Under the pieces are notes generated by a model that saw only the letters and a list, made by a program, of their open reading frames with translations, did not search any database and was not told the DNA's origin. Below, in pieces: positions 1-10,197 of a DNA stretch of 64,000 nucleotides. This DNA comes from a virus: IMG/VR virus record IMGVR_UViG_3300042922_000836, positions 64,001 through 128,000 of that record. The stretch is one strand, 5' to 3'. Positions within the stretch are counted from its first letter, which is position 1; each line of letters opens with the position of its first letter. The translations under genes and the position numbers were made by a program.

Positions 1-29
1 ATTGCCTGTTAAATCTATTACTTTTTTCA

Positions 30-1328
30 TTATTTTTCTTCAACTTCTATTACTTCCTGTGCCTCTTCCATGTCAGGTTCTATGGCATCAACCTTTATAA
101 TAGATTCAAGTACCTTGAAATTAAAATTCTTATGTTTAAAAGCAGAGAATTTAGCTTTATTATCAATTCTGACAACAATACCTTCACGAATATGAGTTTT
201 ACCGACAGAATCAGCACCGTCATAATATGTATGTACTCTTTGCATTAAATCTTCATTTGTAGTATAAATAAACTTGTCTAATTGAGGTACATGATTTATA
301 CACATCTGTTCACATCTCAGCTTAACTAATTCCCAAGGATACTCAACTACATAACCGTCTTCATTGGTCATTGTCATGCGATATACATAAACATTGTTTT
401 CACCCTCTTGGCAACCATATGTAAACTTTGTTATATCACCATATTGTTTTATGAATTCTTTATCACAGGTTTTTTTATTACTGCACTCAGGCATTATAAA
501 TCGACTACCCTCTGTATAACCGACAATTTCATAGTAAACTGTTTCACCTTTTTGCAACTTGTCCACAAAGAAGTCATGCCATTTTCTTCTGAAATTGTTA
601 TCACCATAATAACCGTTAGCATAACTTTGAAGTACCATTTTTCTTGTGCCACTTATGTATTTCCAAGACTTTACAAGCTTATTTTTTATTTTTAAAAGTT
701 TTTGAATGAGATTTTGCTTTTTCTGAAATTCTTCCAGACTATATGAGGTTCTACCGCTTGTACCATGCATTTTTAAAGTTATGTAACATGTATCACCAGT
801 TTTGAATTGATGTAAATTATATGCTAACTGTGATGTGTCAACATGTTCTTCAAAAAGAGGAAAAGAAATTCTATCTACATTTTTAGGCTTAACTTTATTA
901 CTTGTGACTTTGTTGGCTGTTTTTTTAACAGGAATATATTTTTCACAAATAACTATGCCATTAAGAACGGTAATTTTATCTCCCTCTTTAAGAGCTTCAA
1001 TATCACAAAATTTATCTAAGCTTGTCAGTGGCATAAATAAACCATCAGATTTTTCACCACGAAGTTTTAGGCTTGTTATATTTCTTCTTTCAGGATCAAG
1101 ATATCCACCACAACTGTTGCCATTTTCATCTTTTTTTCTTAACAGATTATTTTGTGTTGCATATTCTATACCGATTTTACCGTCTGTCGGAAAATAAACA
1201 CCTAATTCATTTTCAAATGTTCTCAAATCGACTATAACGAAGTTACCGAAACATTCACCTACTTGAAGTCTGTCTGCATTTGAGTGTTTTCTAAGATTTT
1301 TTATTCTTGTTATATAAGCCTCATACAT
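30..1328 (-). CDS. RNA ligase, Rnl2/DRB0094-like, with N-terminal OB (tRNA-binding-like) domain
   Basis: HSNADRLQ N-terminal motif; nucleotidyltransferase motifs LKMHGTS (I), YYEIVG (III), EGIVVR (IV), FKHKN (V). Confidence 0.8.
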   Translation of the reverse strand: MYEAYITRIKNLRKHSNADRLQVGECFGNFVIVDLRTFENELGVYFPTDGKIGIEYATQNNLLRKKDENGNSCGGYLDPERRNITSLKLRGEKSDGLFMPLTSLDKFCDIEALKEGDKITVLNGIVICEKYIPVKKTANKVTSNKVKPKNVDRISFPLFEEHVDTSQLAYNLHQFKTGDTCYITLKMHGTSGRTSYSLEEFQKKQNLIQKLLKIKNKLVKSWKYISGTRKMVLQSYANGYYGDNNFRRKWHDFFVDKLQKGETVYYEIVGYTEGSRFIMPECSNKKTCDKEFIKQYGDITKFTYGCQEGENNVYVYRMTMTNEDGYVVEYPWELVKLRCEQMCINHVPQLDKFIYTTNEDLMQRVHTYYDGADSVGKTHIREGIVVRIDNKAKFSAFKHKNFNFKVLESIIKVDAIEPDMEEAQEVIEVEEK

Positions 1329-1346
1329 TTAATCATCTCCCCTTTA

Positions 1347-1877
1347 TTAATTTTTTGATAACCAATCAATAAATATATTTACTTTCTGATTAAGAGAGTT
1401 GTAATCTCCATTATTACTTATAACGTAGTTAAACTCAAAATTATCAAGTGCGGTTTCCGATGGATGGTTCTTCTGTTCAGTTGTTAAATTGTTTTCAACA
1501 TTTCGATTAACTCTTAGAGAGATACATTCCCAACCATTTTCTTTAAGCCGATTGATTTCATTTGGGAATCTTGCATCAGGTATTAATACATAATCCCACT
1601 CATTTGGGAAAAACGTTAAAATATCTTCAATGAAATCAACCCAAAATTCAGGATATGCACTTCTTACTCTATCTGTACCAACGAACTGAAGAAGTGTCCT
1701 TCCCTTTTCATCTTTATTTCCATCCCAACCAAAAAACATTTTACATATGTATTTAACCAAATCACCGTAATGTGCTATCAATACTTTATAACCCTTTGCT
1801 GTTAATTGTTTGCTAATTATCTGTGCTGTACAATCCTTTCCTGACCTTGCCTTACCACTTATTGGTATTATCTTCAT
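1347..1877 (-). CDS. deoxynucleoside monophosphate kinase
   Basis: P-loop GKARSGKD, RTLLQFVGT, DARFPNE, HPSETALD typical of phage dNMP kinases; start moved to MKIIPISG. Confidence 0.8.
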   Translation of the reverse strand: MKIIPISGKARSGKDCTAQIISKQLTAKGYKVLIAHYGDLVKYICKMFFGWDGNKDEKGRTLLQFVGTDRVRSAYPEFWVDFIEDILTFFPNEWDYVLIPDARFPNEINRLKENGWECISLRVNRNVENNLTTEQKNHPSETALDNFEFNYVISNNGDYNSLNQKVNIFIDWLSKN

Positions 1878-2406
1878 AGACACCTCTTGCAATTATGTCA
1901 TTTACTATTTTATCGTAACCAGCTTCATTTCCATCAACTGTATAATAAGGAACTTGATAGTCATAAAGCAGTTTTAAAAGCGGTTCAACTAAAGCATCAG
2001 ATTCTTCTTCATTTTGAAGTCTACCATCTGCCTCATATGGTTCAACCCTTCTGATTAAATAGTTAATATTATTAAACGAATTAAATACATCAAAGACAGT
2101 CTTATTAAAATTTCCTTCCAAAGCTTTATTACCATTGTTATACAATATTGATAATATCAACGGACTGTCAGTAATAATGTAATTAACTTTACCATTTAAT
2201 CTACTTTGTCTATAATATTGATTTCCAAATATATATGCCTGATTTTTAAAAGCTTCTTTATTTCCGTCATAAACCATGTCTTTTGCAAATTCTTGGACAT
2301 ATTCTGCTTTATAACCTTTCATTTTTAACTGAGAAAAAACATGTCCTGAACCTTTACTTTTTCCCGCAGAGGGAACACCTATCATATTTATTACTATAGT
2401 TTCCAA
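1852..2406 (-). CDS. NadR/Ttd14-type AAA_28 P-loop kinase
   Basis: GVPSAGKS Walker A, EFAKD, ITDSP, GRLQNEEES. Confidence 0.7.
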   Translation of the reverse strand: METIVINMIGVPSAGKSKGSGHVFSQLKMKGYKAEYVQEFAKDMVYDGNKEAFKNQAYIFGNQYYRQSRLNGKVNYIITDSPLILSILYNNGNKALEGNFNKTVFDVFNSFNNINYLIRRVEPYEADGRLQNEEESDALVEPLLKLLYDYQVPYYTVDGNEAGYDKIVNDIIARGVYEDNTNKW

Positions 2407-2407
2407 A

Positions 2408-2938
2408 TTAAACCCTCCTATATATATTTGCTATATCCAACCAGTTATTTACTCTAAACATACCGAAATAATTATTTACATTTAAACTTTTATTCCATGG
2501 TTGAGTAAATACTATTGCTCTATAATGTTTGTCTATTACATTATCAATGCAATCATCTATTAAAGTATCGATCCTTAACAAATGTTTATCAGGACACATA
2601 TAAAGTTGTTCTGACTTATACCAAGAAAATGTTCGTTTTAATAACAAATCTCTTGCATTTCTTGTACATGGATGACCAGCAGTTGGAAATATAACATCAT
2701 CTTTTTTATTCAACCAAGTTATAACCTCTACCGCATCATCTTTTGGTGTAGCATTTAAAAATAAATCATCATCCCTAAATTCTTCAAATAAATTTTCACA
2801 TTCTTTTTTGATAAATAATCTTACATTATAATTTGTAAAAGTATCTATGGTTAAATTATCGTTATATTTTTTATTATATCTTTCGATTATGTAGGGCATA
2901 AAGTTAAATGTGGTATCATCTAAGTCAATTCCAATCAT
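2408..2938 (-). CDS. 5'(3')-deoxyribonucleotidase, HAD family
   Basis: IGIDLDDT HAD motif I, K..LIDD motif, FTQPWN. Confidence 0.8.
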   Translation of the reverse strand: MIGIDLDDTTFNFMPYIIERYNKKYNDNLTIDTFTNYNVRLFIKKECENLFEEFRDDDLFLNATPKDDAVEVITWLNKKDDVIFPTAGHPCTRNARDLLLKRTFSWYKSEQLYMCPDKHLLRIDTLIDDCIDNVIDKHYRAIVFTQPWNKSLNVNNYFGMFRVNNWLDIANIYRRV

Positions 2939-2942
2939 TAAT

Positions 2943-3809
2943 TCACCCCTCTATATTTTTAATCGGACATGGATTAAATACTGTATTATGTAAAATTGTG
3001 CAATCTTCAATAATTTTTCCAGATAATAAGCATTTGCCTTTTTTGGGATTATAAAGAAATGCTTCTGCATTACGCATAAGAAACGGACATTTATCACACT
3101 TACCTATTTCCATATCTTTAATGTCAAGTTCAAAAGTGATTTGTTTTTTATCAAGCTTTCTCTTAAAGAATAACAATTCATCTGCATGAGGTAAATCTTT
3201 TGCCCAATCAATAAAAATCCCAAACCATTCTTTCAATCTATGATTTTTTCGCTGATGTATCATAGAAAAAACATTTTCATAATTTAAAAGCACTGTTCTT
3301 TTTTGGAGAAAACCTTCAGGAAGAGATTCTTTAAGTAATCTGAACCATTTATAATCTTTTGTTTCTATGTATTTTTGTCTTAAACCCTCTAAATGATTTA
3401 TTACTAAATTCCAATATGTATCTTCCGTTTGATTTTCATCAATCTCAAACATTTCCTTTGTTATTGGATAACTTTTAAGCTTATGCATTGTACTACAACT
3501 GTTTGTGACCACCCCGATATGATATGTATCAAATTCTGACCACCAAAAACGTGGTGCTAAAATATCTACTGATACTGCGATCTGCCTTAGAAACTTTCGA
3601 TGTTCACTTCCACCCATGATAAGAGATTGTGCCAATTGTAAATCAACTTGTCCAATTTCTAAATCAATCGGTATTGCTTCAATAAATTGACCTTTCTTTA
3701 TTTCAGCATATTTTACTATACTATCAGATTTTGCCCAGCTATCCATCGGATTTCTCATTCCTCTGAAAGCATTATGTACATTGAAAACCTGTGTTTTTTC
3801 AAATCTCAA
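2943..3809 (-). CDS. ThyX/Thy1-related phage protein
   Basis: MRNPMDSW..SDS, HRKFLRQI, APRFWWSEFDTY, SCSTMHK, QRKNHRL; canonical RHR motif absent. Confidence 0.5.
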   Translation of the reverse strand: MRFEKTQVFNVHNAFRGMRNPMDSWAKSDSIVKYAEIKKGQFIEAIPIDLEIGQVDLQLAQSLIMGGSEHRKFLRQIAVSVDILAPRFWWSEFDTYHIGVVTNSCSTMHKLKSYPITKEMFEIDENQTEDTYWNLVINHLEGLRQKYIETKDYKWFRLLKESLPEGFLQKRTVLLNYENVFSMIHQRKNHRLKEWFGIFIDWAKDLPHADELLFFKRKLDKKQITFELDIKDMEIGKCDKCPFLMRNAEAFLYNPKKGKCLLSGKIIEDCTILHNTVFNPCPIKNIEG

Positions 3810-3996
3810 TTATTTTTTCCTTTCATATTTTAATTTTTTTACTGCCATATTAAAAGACATATAACTTTTCCTATTATAGAACCTATTATTGCATAACAAA
3901 ATCTTTCTTCAAGAGATATATCTTTTAACCAAAGTTTTGATAAATGATAAATAATAAAAGTATTTATTAATAAATTAATAATAATTTCCATTTAAT

Positions 3997-4485
3997 CTAT
4001 TTCTCCATATTTTTAAAAAATCTATGCACTTCAAATTCAAACATAAATTCTCGTGTGTCCTCAAACCAATTTGAGGCTTTTTGGCTCGATATTGCTGGGG
4101 AATAAAAGTATACTGCCCCTTGTGAAGTATCTTCTACATCCCCACACAACACCTCATAGACTGCTGTTATTGTATCCACAGTCGGATAGAATTTTGGATT
4201 GTAATAGTTATTAATTGAATTGAATTGATTTTTCTGTATTAAAACATCATAAATCGTGTCAGGGAAATCCTTATTTTTAACTCTATTGATAACAACTTGA
4301 GCAATTAATCTTTTATGTTCTATCGTTGAATCTCTGACTTCTCTTTCAACTACATAACATAGCATGTCGAATTCCTCAATAGTAAAATCAACTATGTAAT
4401 CATTAATTGCAAATATCTTGAATGAATTTAAAGTATTAATCATAATGATTATTACTATTAACGTTATAAATGTTTTAAACTTCAT
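3997..4485 (-). CDS. SleB/CwlJ-like cell wall hydrolase (Hydrolase_2)
   Basis: signal peptide, VEREV, VVINRV..FPDTIYDV..Q.NQF, GAVYFYSP, HRFF. Confidence 0.8.
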   Translation of the reverse strand: MKFKTFITLIVIIIMINTLNSFKIFAINDYIVDFTIEEFDMLCYVVEREVRDSTIEHKRLIAQVVINRVKNKDFPDTIYDVLIQKNQFNSINNYYNPKFYPTVDTITAVYEVLCGDVEDTSQGAVYFYSPAISSQKASNWFEDTREFMFEFEVHRFFKNMEK

Positions 4486-4508
4486 ATTATCTCCTTGTTA
4501 TAAGTATC

Positions 4509-4781
4509 TTATTTCTCAATGACTTCTACAACTGAATTGTAATAAATATATCTTTTACCATTTAAATCGAAAAGAACTTTATTTTCAGCTATTTGAATAT
4601 CAATTTTACCCTCTACTGTATTTAATAACTTTCCGTCATAACTGTAGATATTAACAATTCTGTCAAGACCGCCACTTAAATTACTGCCTAAAGATTTAAA
4701 CTCTCGTTCACATGATGCGGTACATGATGTTAATACGATTATTACTATCGACACTAAAAGAATGATTTTAAATATTTTCAT
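4509..4781 (-). CDS. small lipoprotein
   Basis: hydrophobic N-terminus with lipobox LTSC. Confidence 0.6.
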   Translation of the reverse strand: MKIFKIILLVSIVIIVLTSCTASCEREFKSLGSNLSGGLDRIVNIYSYDGKLLNTVEGKIDIQIAENKVLFDLNGKRYIYYNSVVEVIEK

Positions 4782-5973
4782 CTATCTTCACACACTTCAA
4801 ATTACCGACAACTGTACCGTTTTTAACATCTTCATAAGAGCATGACTTAATTAATTTAACATCAGGAGAAGGTGTTTTAAAATTGTTGGTTACGAAAGTT
4901 TTTGTAAAACATTTTCCGTTACAATAAAGATCAACGATATCACCAATATGTAATTCTTGACCTACAGAATCTGTTCTCGATATTAATACACCAATATTAC
5001 CATAAGTGTTATTTGTATAAGTACCTTTGATATAAGGTGTAAATTTAGGAGGATCATAATTATCCAAAATCTTATAATCTTCTGTATTGATATAGCCACA
5101 AGGCTGAGATATTATACGATCTGCAAAGATACATGAACAACTTGTTGCAGTTTTTGTTCTTACATAAACACCACCTGTGGATAGTTTAGACAAAGCAATG
5201 ACTTGTAATATATCGCCTACTTTAAATGCATCTTTATAAATTTTAATGTTTTTAACTTCAATCCAATCACCGACCTGAACTTTACGTTCAGCTTTTTCAA
5301 CAATTACTACTTTAACAATATCATTTTTACATAACCACCAGCAGTGTCCTTGTTTACCTTTACCCTCACCATTATGACCATATGTTATTTTTTCAAAGAA
5401 CTCGACACAAACAGATTTATTTTCAACTGCTATAATTTTTCCCTGTTTCATATAACAATTTTTATTTGAATTTTCATTGTTTATACTTTTTACAAAATCA
5501 TTTACTTTAAAATCTGAACTTAAATCTTCTGATACCTTTTCTGCTGATACCTTATCTTTAAGACCTAATCTTTCAAAAGCTAATGTAGCACCGATTTTAA
5601 AATCAAATGTATCAACAGGATTGCATTTTGCACATACCTCTTTAACCAAAAGACCGCTATCAAATAATTTTGCTGTGGTTACTTTACCGTCTGTTTCGAT
5701 ATTGATAGAATATTGTTTTTTATATGTAACAACTTCAACACCCATTAAGCTATTAATTAATGTATCAGAGCCAAAAGTGATATATCTTTCTTGAAAACCA
5801 GCATAAAAGGTATTTTTCTTATATTTATCCCATTTTGTAACTTTTTCTGTTTCATTCAACCAAATGAAACCACGATTATAACATTCATTTATAAAATCCT
5901 GTGCATCTTCTTCAGAATCACATTTGACTGCTAAATCTGTCCTTTTAAATTTCTCCCATTCGATATTATTCAT
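4768..5973 (-). CDS. hypothetical multidomain phage protein
   Basis: long ORF; likely start MNNIEW after GAAAGG RBS; repeated KVGD/KVND SH3-like segments. Confidence 0.6.
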   Translation of the reverse strand: MNNIEWEKFKRTDLAVKCDSEEDAQDFINECYNRGFIWLNETEKVTKWDKYKKNTFYAGFQERYITFGSDTLINSLMGVEVVTYKKQYSINIETDGKVTTAKLFDSGLLVKEVCAKCNPVDTFDFKIGATLAFERLGLKDKVSAEKVSEDLSSDFKVNDFVKSINNENSNKNCYMKQGKIIAVENKSVCVEFFEKITYGHNGEGKGKQGHCWWLCKNDIVKVVIVEKAERKVQVGDWIEVKNIKIYKDAFKVGDILQVIALSKLSTGGVYVRTKTATSCSCIFADRIISQPCGYINTEDYKILDNYDPPKFTPYIKGTYTNNTYGNIGVLISRTDSVGQELHIGDIVDLYCNGKCFTKTFVTNNFKTPSPDVKLIKSCSYEDVKNGTVVGNLKCVKIDENI

Positions 5974-6008
5974 TTTAAATTTTCCTTTCAAAATATGTAT
6001 TGTTTTTA

Positions 6009-6302
6009 TTATTTTATTTTTATTACTTTGTTTTTTTCCCAACAACAAGTTATGTTTTTGCTGAAATCTGGCATGATTACTAAAACTTCATTTTTAATAC
6101 CGCTAACTGTTCCCTCTAAGCTACTGTCTAAATTCCTGACATGATCACCTATGTAAATTTCATCAGGATTTACTGTTTTGCCTAATGCTACAACTCTTTG
6201 CATTGAATTAAGTGTTTTCCCTTTAGAATTTGATGTATTTAATTCTTCAAGAATAAAATTTAAAGCATCTAAAATTTCCTGTGCATTTTCCTGTGCAGAC
6301 AA
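6009..6302 (-). CDS. hypothetical protein
   Basis: ORF with AGGTG RBS directly after a sigmaA promoter. Confidence 0.6.
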   Translation of the reverse strand: MSAQENAQEILDALNFILEELNTSNSKGKTLNSMQRVVALGKTVNPDEIYIGDHVRNLDSSLEGTVSGIKNEVLVIMPDFSKNITCCWEKNKVIKIK

Positions 6303-6373
6303 TATATCACCTTCTTTCTTTAATGTATTATTTCTTTCTACGTTGTTATGTCATTATTACTTTCGACTTTAAT

Positions 6374-6402
6374 ATTATACTACCTTTTTTAAATAAAGTC
6401 AA
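6374..6402 (-). promoter_or_regulatory. sigmaA-type promoter
   Basis: TTGACT-N17-TATAAT, flanked by two ATTACTT-N4-C motifs (6356, 6447). Confidence 0.75.
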
Positions 6403-6472
6403 TAGGTATTTTCACATTTCTGAAGAGTTTGCTTTTATGACGCAAAATTACTTTCGTCTTTAAAGACAACCC

Positions 6473-6991
6473 TTATTTCAATATTTTTAAATCCAAAACA
6501 GACCTACATATATTATATATCATTTCAGCACTATCCTTTGTAAATATGATATGTATATTGTATTTCGTCTGCAATTTTATAAGTGTCCTGTAAAAAGCCA
6601 ACTCATTATACTGGCTTTCATATCTGTGTGCCAAAATATCTTCCCAACTGCCATTTTCAATTATCAAAAATTTGTGTTCAATATTTTTGGTGCGTTTAAT
6701 TTCATTGCTAAACGCATCACTTTTAAAATTGTTTGCCAGCTCATCCAAGTTTTTCTTTCTTTCGATAAACAATTCATCGACAAAGTGAGTATCTTTCAAA
6801 AATCCCAGATCTGGATTAGCTTTAATTATAAAACCATAGTCACCACTTTCAAAGCTTTTATCCATATAAGAGATTTTATTTTGGTCAAACCACTTCTTAA
6901 TATGTTCATTTTTCTGTTCCCTTTTATCTATTTGAATAACCATATTAGACAGCAATTCCTTATATTGTTTTTCAGTATAGAAAATTCTCAT
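6473..6991 (-). CDS. ERCC4-domain nuclease (possible resolvase)
   Basis: IDKREQ, GDY, IERKKNLDEL, LIIE motifs. Confidence 0.8.
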   Translation of the reverse strand: MRIFYTEKQYKELLSNMVIQIDKREQKNEHIKKWFDQNKISYMDKSFESGDYGFIIKANPDLGFLKDTHFVDELFIERKKNLDELANNFKSDAFSNEIKRTKNIEHKFLIIENGSWEDILAHRYESQYNELAFYRTLIKLQTKYNIHIIFTKDSAEMIYNICRSVLDLKILK

Positions 6992-9900
6992 CGTACCATC
7001 ACCCACTTTTTTAATATCTTTTCTGTTTCATCTTTTTGAACCCATTCATTGTTGGAATCCTTAAACCATTTCTTTTCTTCGGAACATTCAAGTGTCTTTA
7101 TAATATCGCCTTTTTCAAAAGCATTATCTTCAAATTGTTTTATCTTTGCTTTAACAATTTCCACTTCACCATTACAAAGTCTATATAATGTAATCTTAGG
7201 ATTCGTAAATTTAATTTCTATTTCAGTTACAAAAGCATATTCAGGTGAAAGATTTGGAATGATTGTCTGTATATAGCCTAAATGATCTAATTCATATTTA
7301 ATTCTTTCATTCATAGGAATATCTTTATTATCGAGAGTATCCCAAATTTCCCTTAAACTTCTGTCATAATCAAAATTCCGATATAATTTGTCAGTTTGCT
7401 CAGAATATTCAGTTATGTATTTTTTATAGTTTTCATTTAAATTTTCTTTATTAAACTGCGTTCTTTCATATAAATCATCTACACATTTTATAAAGTTTTT
7501 TATCTTTGTAATTGAACCAAACTCATCAAAATAACCGATTTCAACTAAAGTATTTATTTTAGAACTATCAAGGCTCTTTATTTTTTTCAGTGCTTTCAAT
7601 AAATCATAGAAATTATCGAATTTTTGTTTTTGTGATAAAGAATATAGGTCATCAGCACACTTTTGACTCAATCCTTTAATAGAAAGCAAAGATGAATATA
7701 TAACCATGTTTTTCTTATCAGCAACAAACTTACGGTTATCTGCACCCCATTCAAATTTACCCTCTTTAATATTAAATGCTTTTGTCATTTCTTGCTTTAA
7801 TTCTGCAACCTTATCTTTTTTGCCTTTATCCGAATAGACTTGCAATAAAACCTCATAGAATTCATAAGGGTAATAAGCTTTGAGATATGCACAATACAGA
7901 GAATCAAGTGCCATACAGAAAGCATGAGCCGAATTAAATCCATAACCGCAACTATCACTTATGATTTGCCATACTTTTTCTGACATTTCTGTTGCCTCTA
8001 TGTCTGTTACATTCACACCTTCTTTAATTTTCTCTTTAAATCCCTCTATGAATTTTGATTTCAATGGTCTTACCTTTTCAGGATGTTTTTTAGCAATAGC
8101 TTTAATAATACCATAACATTGATCAATAGGAAATCCCGCATAGTTTAAAGTATTCATAGTTTGCTCTTGGTACAAAATGAATGATTGTGGAAATTCTTTT
8201 GTCTGTATGAGGTTATCAAAAGCTTTAATACCATAACTAAATGGCTCTCTTGATTTAAATTTTGAATACATTGACTTAAATGCAGGTCGGATACCCGCTA
8301 TAAAAGCTGAAAGTTCTGAAATATTTTTCGGTTGATATTCCATGGCTTTTTTCTTTGTGGAATCTTTTTCAACCTGATTGACACCAATCGTATAACCATA
8401 TTTATAAATATCCCAGATCTTTTCATTGTCTTTTACTATTTCCATCAATTGATTGACAGTATGCGGTTTCATTTTTATCCGTTTATAAATCAAATCAATT
8501 AACAGAACAACATCGACTTTAAGAAGGTCATTTTTTAAGAACTTGTAATTTTCAGCAATAGCACCATCAATGACTGTTGTTATATATTCTTTTTTTGTAC
8601 TTTCACTTTTACATTTAATTAAGCCAATTTCTTCTCTGATATTTCCTTGATATAGCAAATAACCGCAAGGTGCTTTTTTCTTATCTGAAATAACACCCCA
8701 ATATGGTTTACTTTGAGTTATGTAATCATGATATTTTTCATCTACAAAATCATAAATGCTTAAATCTTCTTTTTCATCATCATCCGCATATTTTTCAGCT
8801 TCATCATACTGCTCTATTTGTTTGGAAATTTCATTAGCTATTTCAAAGTCCAAATTTTTTGCCCTTGCAAACAATTTAAATGCTGATTTCTTTTTAAATG
8901 TTCCGAAAGCAATCATTGGATATGCATGTCCTTTTCCTAAAATCTGTTCTTGAGCTTCTGCAAAAACCTCTGGATTACCACAGTTCATATCAAGGTCAGG
9001 TAAACTTCGTGTTTCCAAAATACGGCTTTCGGAAATAAAACGTTCAGGATAAAGCTTTATGGGAGAAGTAAATCTGTCAACTTTACTAAAACCTAAAAGA
9101 GTATTTGTAAAATATCCGACACCAGAACCTCTTCCGCTATTTGTTATAATTCCACCCAGTTCTTCGGCTTTTTTTACAATTGCATAGTCAAATAAGAAAT
9201 AATCTGCCATACCTGTTTTTTTAATTACATCAACTTCATTTTTAACACCCTCATAATATCTGTCATATTCAGATTCAGGTATATTCTTCATATACTCTTT
9301 AAATTTTGCAGTAATCAATCTACTGTAAATTTTATTTTTTTCTTCTTGCGTATTATTTGGGTACACAGTTGGAAGTTTAATATCATTATTTAATACAATA
9401 TCTTCAAAACTTAAAACAATATCGGTATTATCCATGGCTCTTTTAATTTGCTCACTGTTTAAAATACCCTGTTTAATAAATCTATTTTTTGTTGTTTCAT
9501 CATCAGGATAATCCATAAACCAGCCATCTTCTTCATCATAATGAATACCTTTTGCCTCTAATACATAAGTCCTTTCTTTTTCCTGTTCAGGATAAATATA
9601 GTGACTATCCATTCCGACAATAATATCAATTCCGTATTTTTCTGATAAATTAAGAATATATTTATTAATTATTCTCTGCTTATCCGTTAAATGATATTGC
9701 ACTTCAAGCATTAAATTATCTTTAAAATGATTATGTAATTGCATGATAATTTCATCAATTTCAGCATACTGCCAGAAAGCAATACAGGCAGTAGTTACAA
9801 ACACATCATCAGGTGGAAGAGAAAGTAATAACTCAATATCAACTCTTGGTTTATAATAATAACCACTTTCGTTTGCATCGGAAAGAATACGATTTATTGC

Positions 9901-10185
9901 TCTTCTTCCTGTTTCATTTTTAGCAAGAATAACAATATGTCCGTTTGTTCTATCTTTCTCAGAACGATCTTTAACCCAATATGCCTCAGTTCCAAAAATA
10001 AATTTAAGGTTATATTTTTTTGCCATTTCATAGGTTTCATAGTAATAAGACTGCCATCCATGGTCTACACTTGATAATACTTTATGTCCTAATTCGATAC
10101 ATCTTTTTGCATAATCCTCATATGATGCGGCAGAATCAGGTGTAAATATATTTGAGTAATATGTATGTTTATGATAATTCTGCAT
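6988..10185 (-). CDS. dnaE: DNA polymerase III alpha subunit (phage DnaE-type)
   Basis: PHP domain HKHTYYS/DHG/DSHY, GRGSG, LPDLD, KNDLL, YGFNSAHA. Confidence 0.93.
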   Translation of the reverse strand: MQNYHKHTYYSNIFTPDSAASYEDYAKRCIELGHKVLSSVDHGWQSYYYETYEMAKKYNLKFIFGTEAYWVKDRSEKDRTNGHIVILAKNETGRRAINRILSDANESGYYYKPRVDIELLLSLPPDDVFVTTACIAFWQYAEIDEIIMQLHNHFKDNLMLEVQYHLTDKQRIINKYILNLSEKYGIDIIVGMDSHYIYPEQEKERTYVLEAKGIHYDEEDGWFMDYPDDETTKNRFIKQGILNSEQIKRAMDNTDIVLSFEDIVLNNDIKLPTVYPNNTQEEKNKIYSRLITAKFKEYMKNIPESEYDRYYEGVKNEVDVIKKTGMADYFLFDYAIVKKAEELGGIITNSGRGSGVGYFTNTLLGFSKVDRFTSPIKLYPERFISESRILETRSLPDLDMNCGNPEVFAEAQEQILGKGHAYPMIAFGTFKKKSAFKLFARAKNLDFEIANEISKQIEQYDEAEKYADDDEKEDLSIYDFVDEKYHDYITQSKPYWGVISDKKKAPCGYLLYQGNIREEIGLIKCKSESTKKEYITTVIDGAIAENYKFLKNDLLKVDVVLLIDLIYKRIKMKPHTVNQLMEIVKDNEKIWDIYKYGYTIGVNQVEKDSTKKKAMEYQPKNISELSAFIAGIRPAFKSMYSKFKSREPFSYGIKAFDNLIQTKEFPQSFILYQEQTMNTLNYAGFPIDQCYGIIKAIAKKHPEKVRPLKSKFIEGFKEKIKEGVNVTDIEATEMSEKVWQIISDSCGYGFNSAHAFCMALDSLYCAYLKAYYPYEFYEVLLQVYSDKGKKDKVAELKQEMTKAFNIKEGKFEWGADNRKFVADKKNMVIYSSLLSIKGLSQKCADDLYSLSQKQKFDNFYDLLKALKKIKSLDSSKINTLVEIGYFDEFGSITKIKNFIKCVDDLYERTQFNKENLNENYKKYITEYSEQTDKLYRNFDYDRSLREIWDTLDNKDIPMNERIKYELDHLGYIQTIIPNLSPEYAFVTEIEIKFTNPKITLYRLCNGEVEIVKAKIKQFEDNAFEKGDIIKTLECSEEKKWFKDSNNEWVQKDETEKILKKWVMVR

Positions 10186-10197
10186 TATATTACTCCT

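Noticed and set aside
2943-3809. Naming as thyX
   Set aside because: Canonical RHRxxSxxxxSxR motif is absent; only distant resemblance
6988-10185. Intein or intron in DnaE
   Set aside because: Continuous ORF of normal length; no intein splice or LAGLIDADG motifs seen
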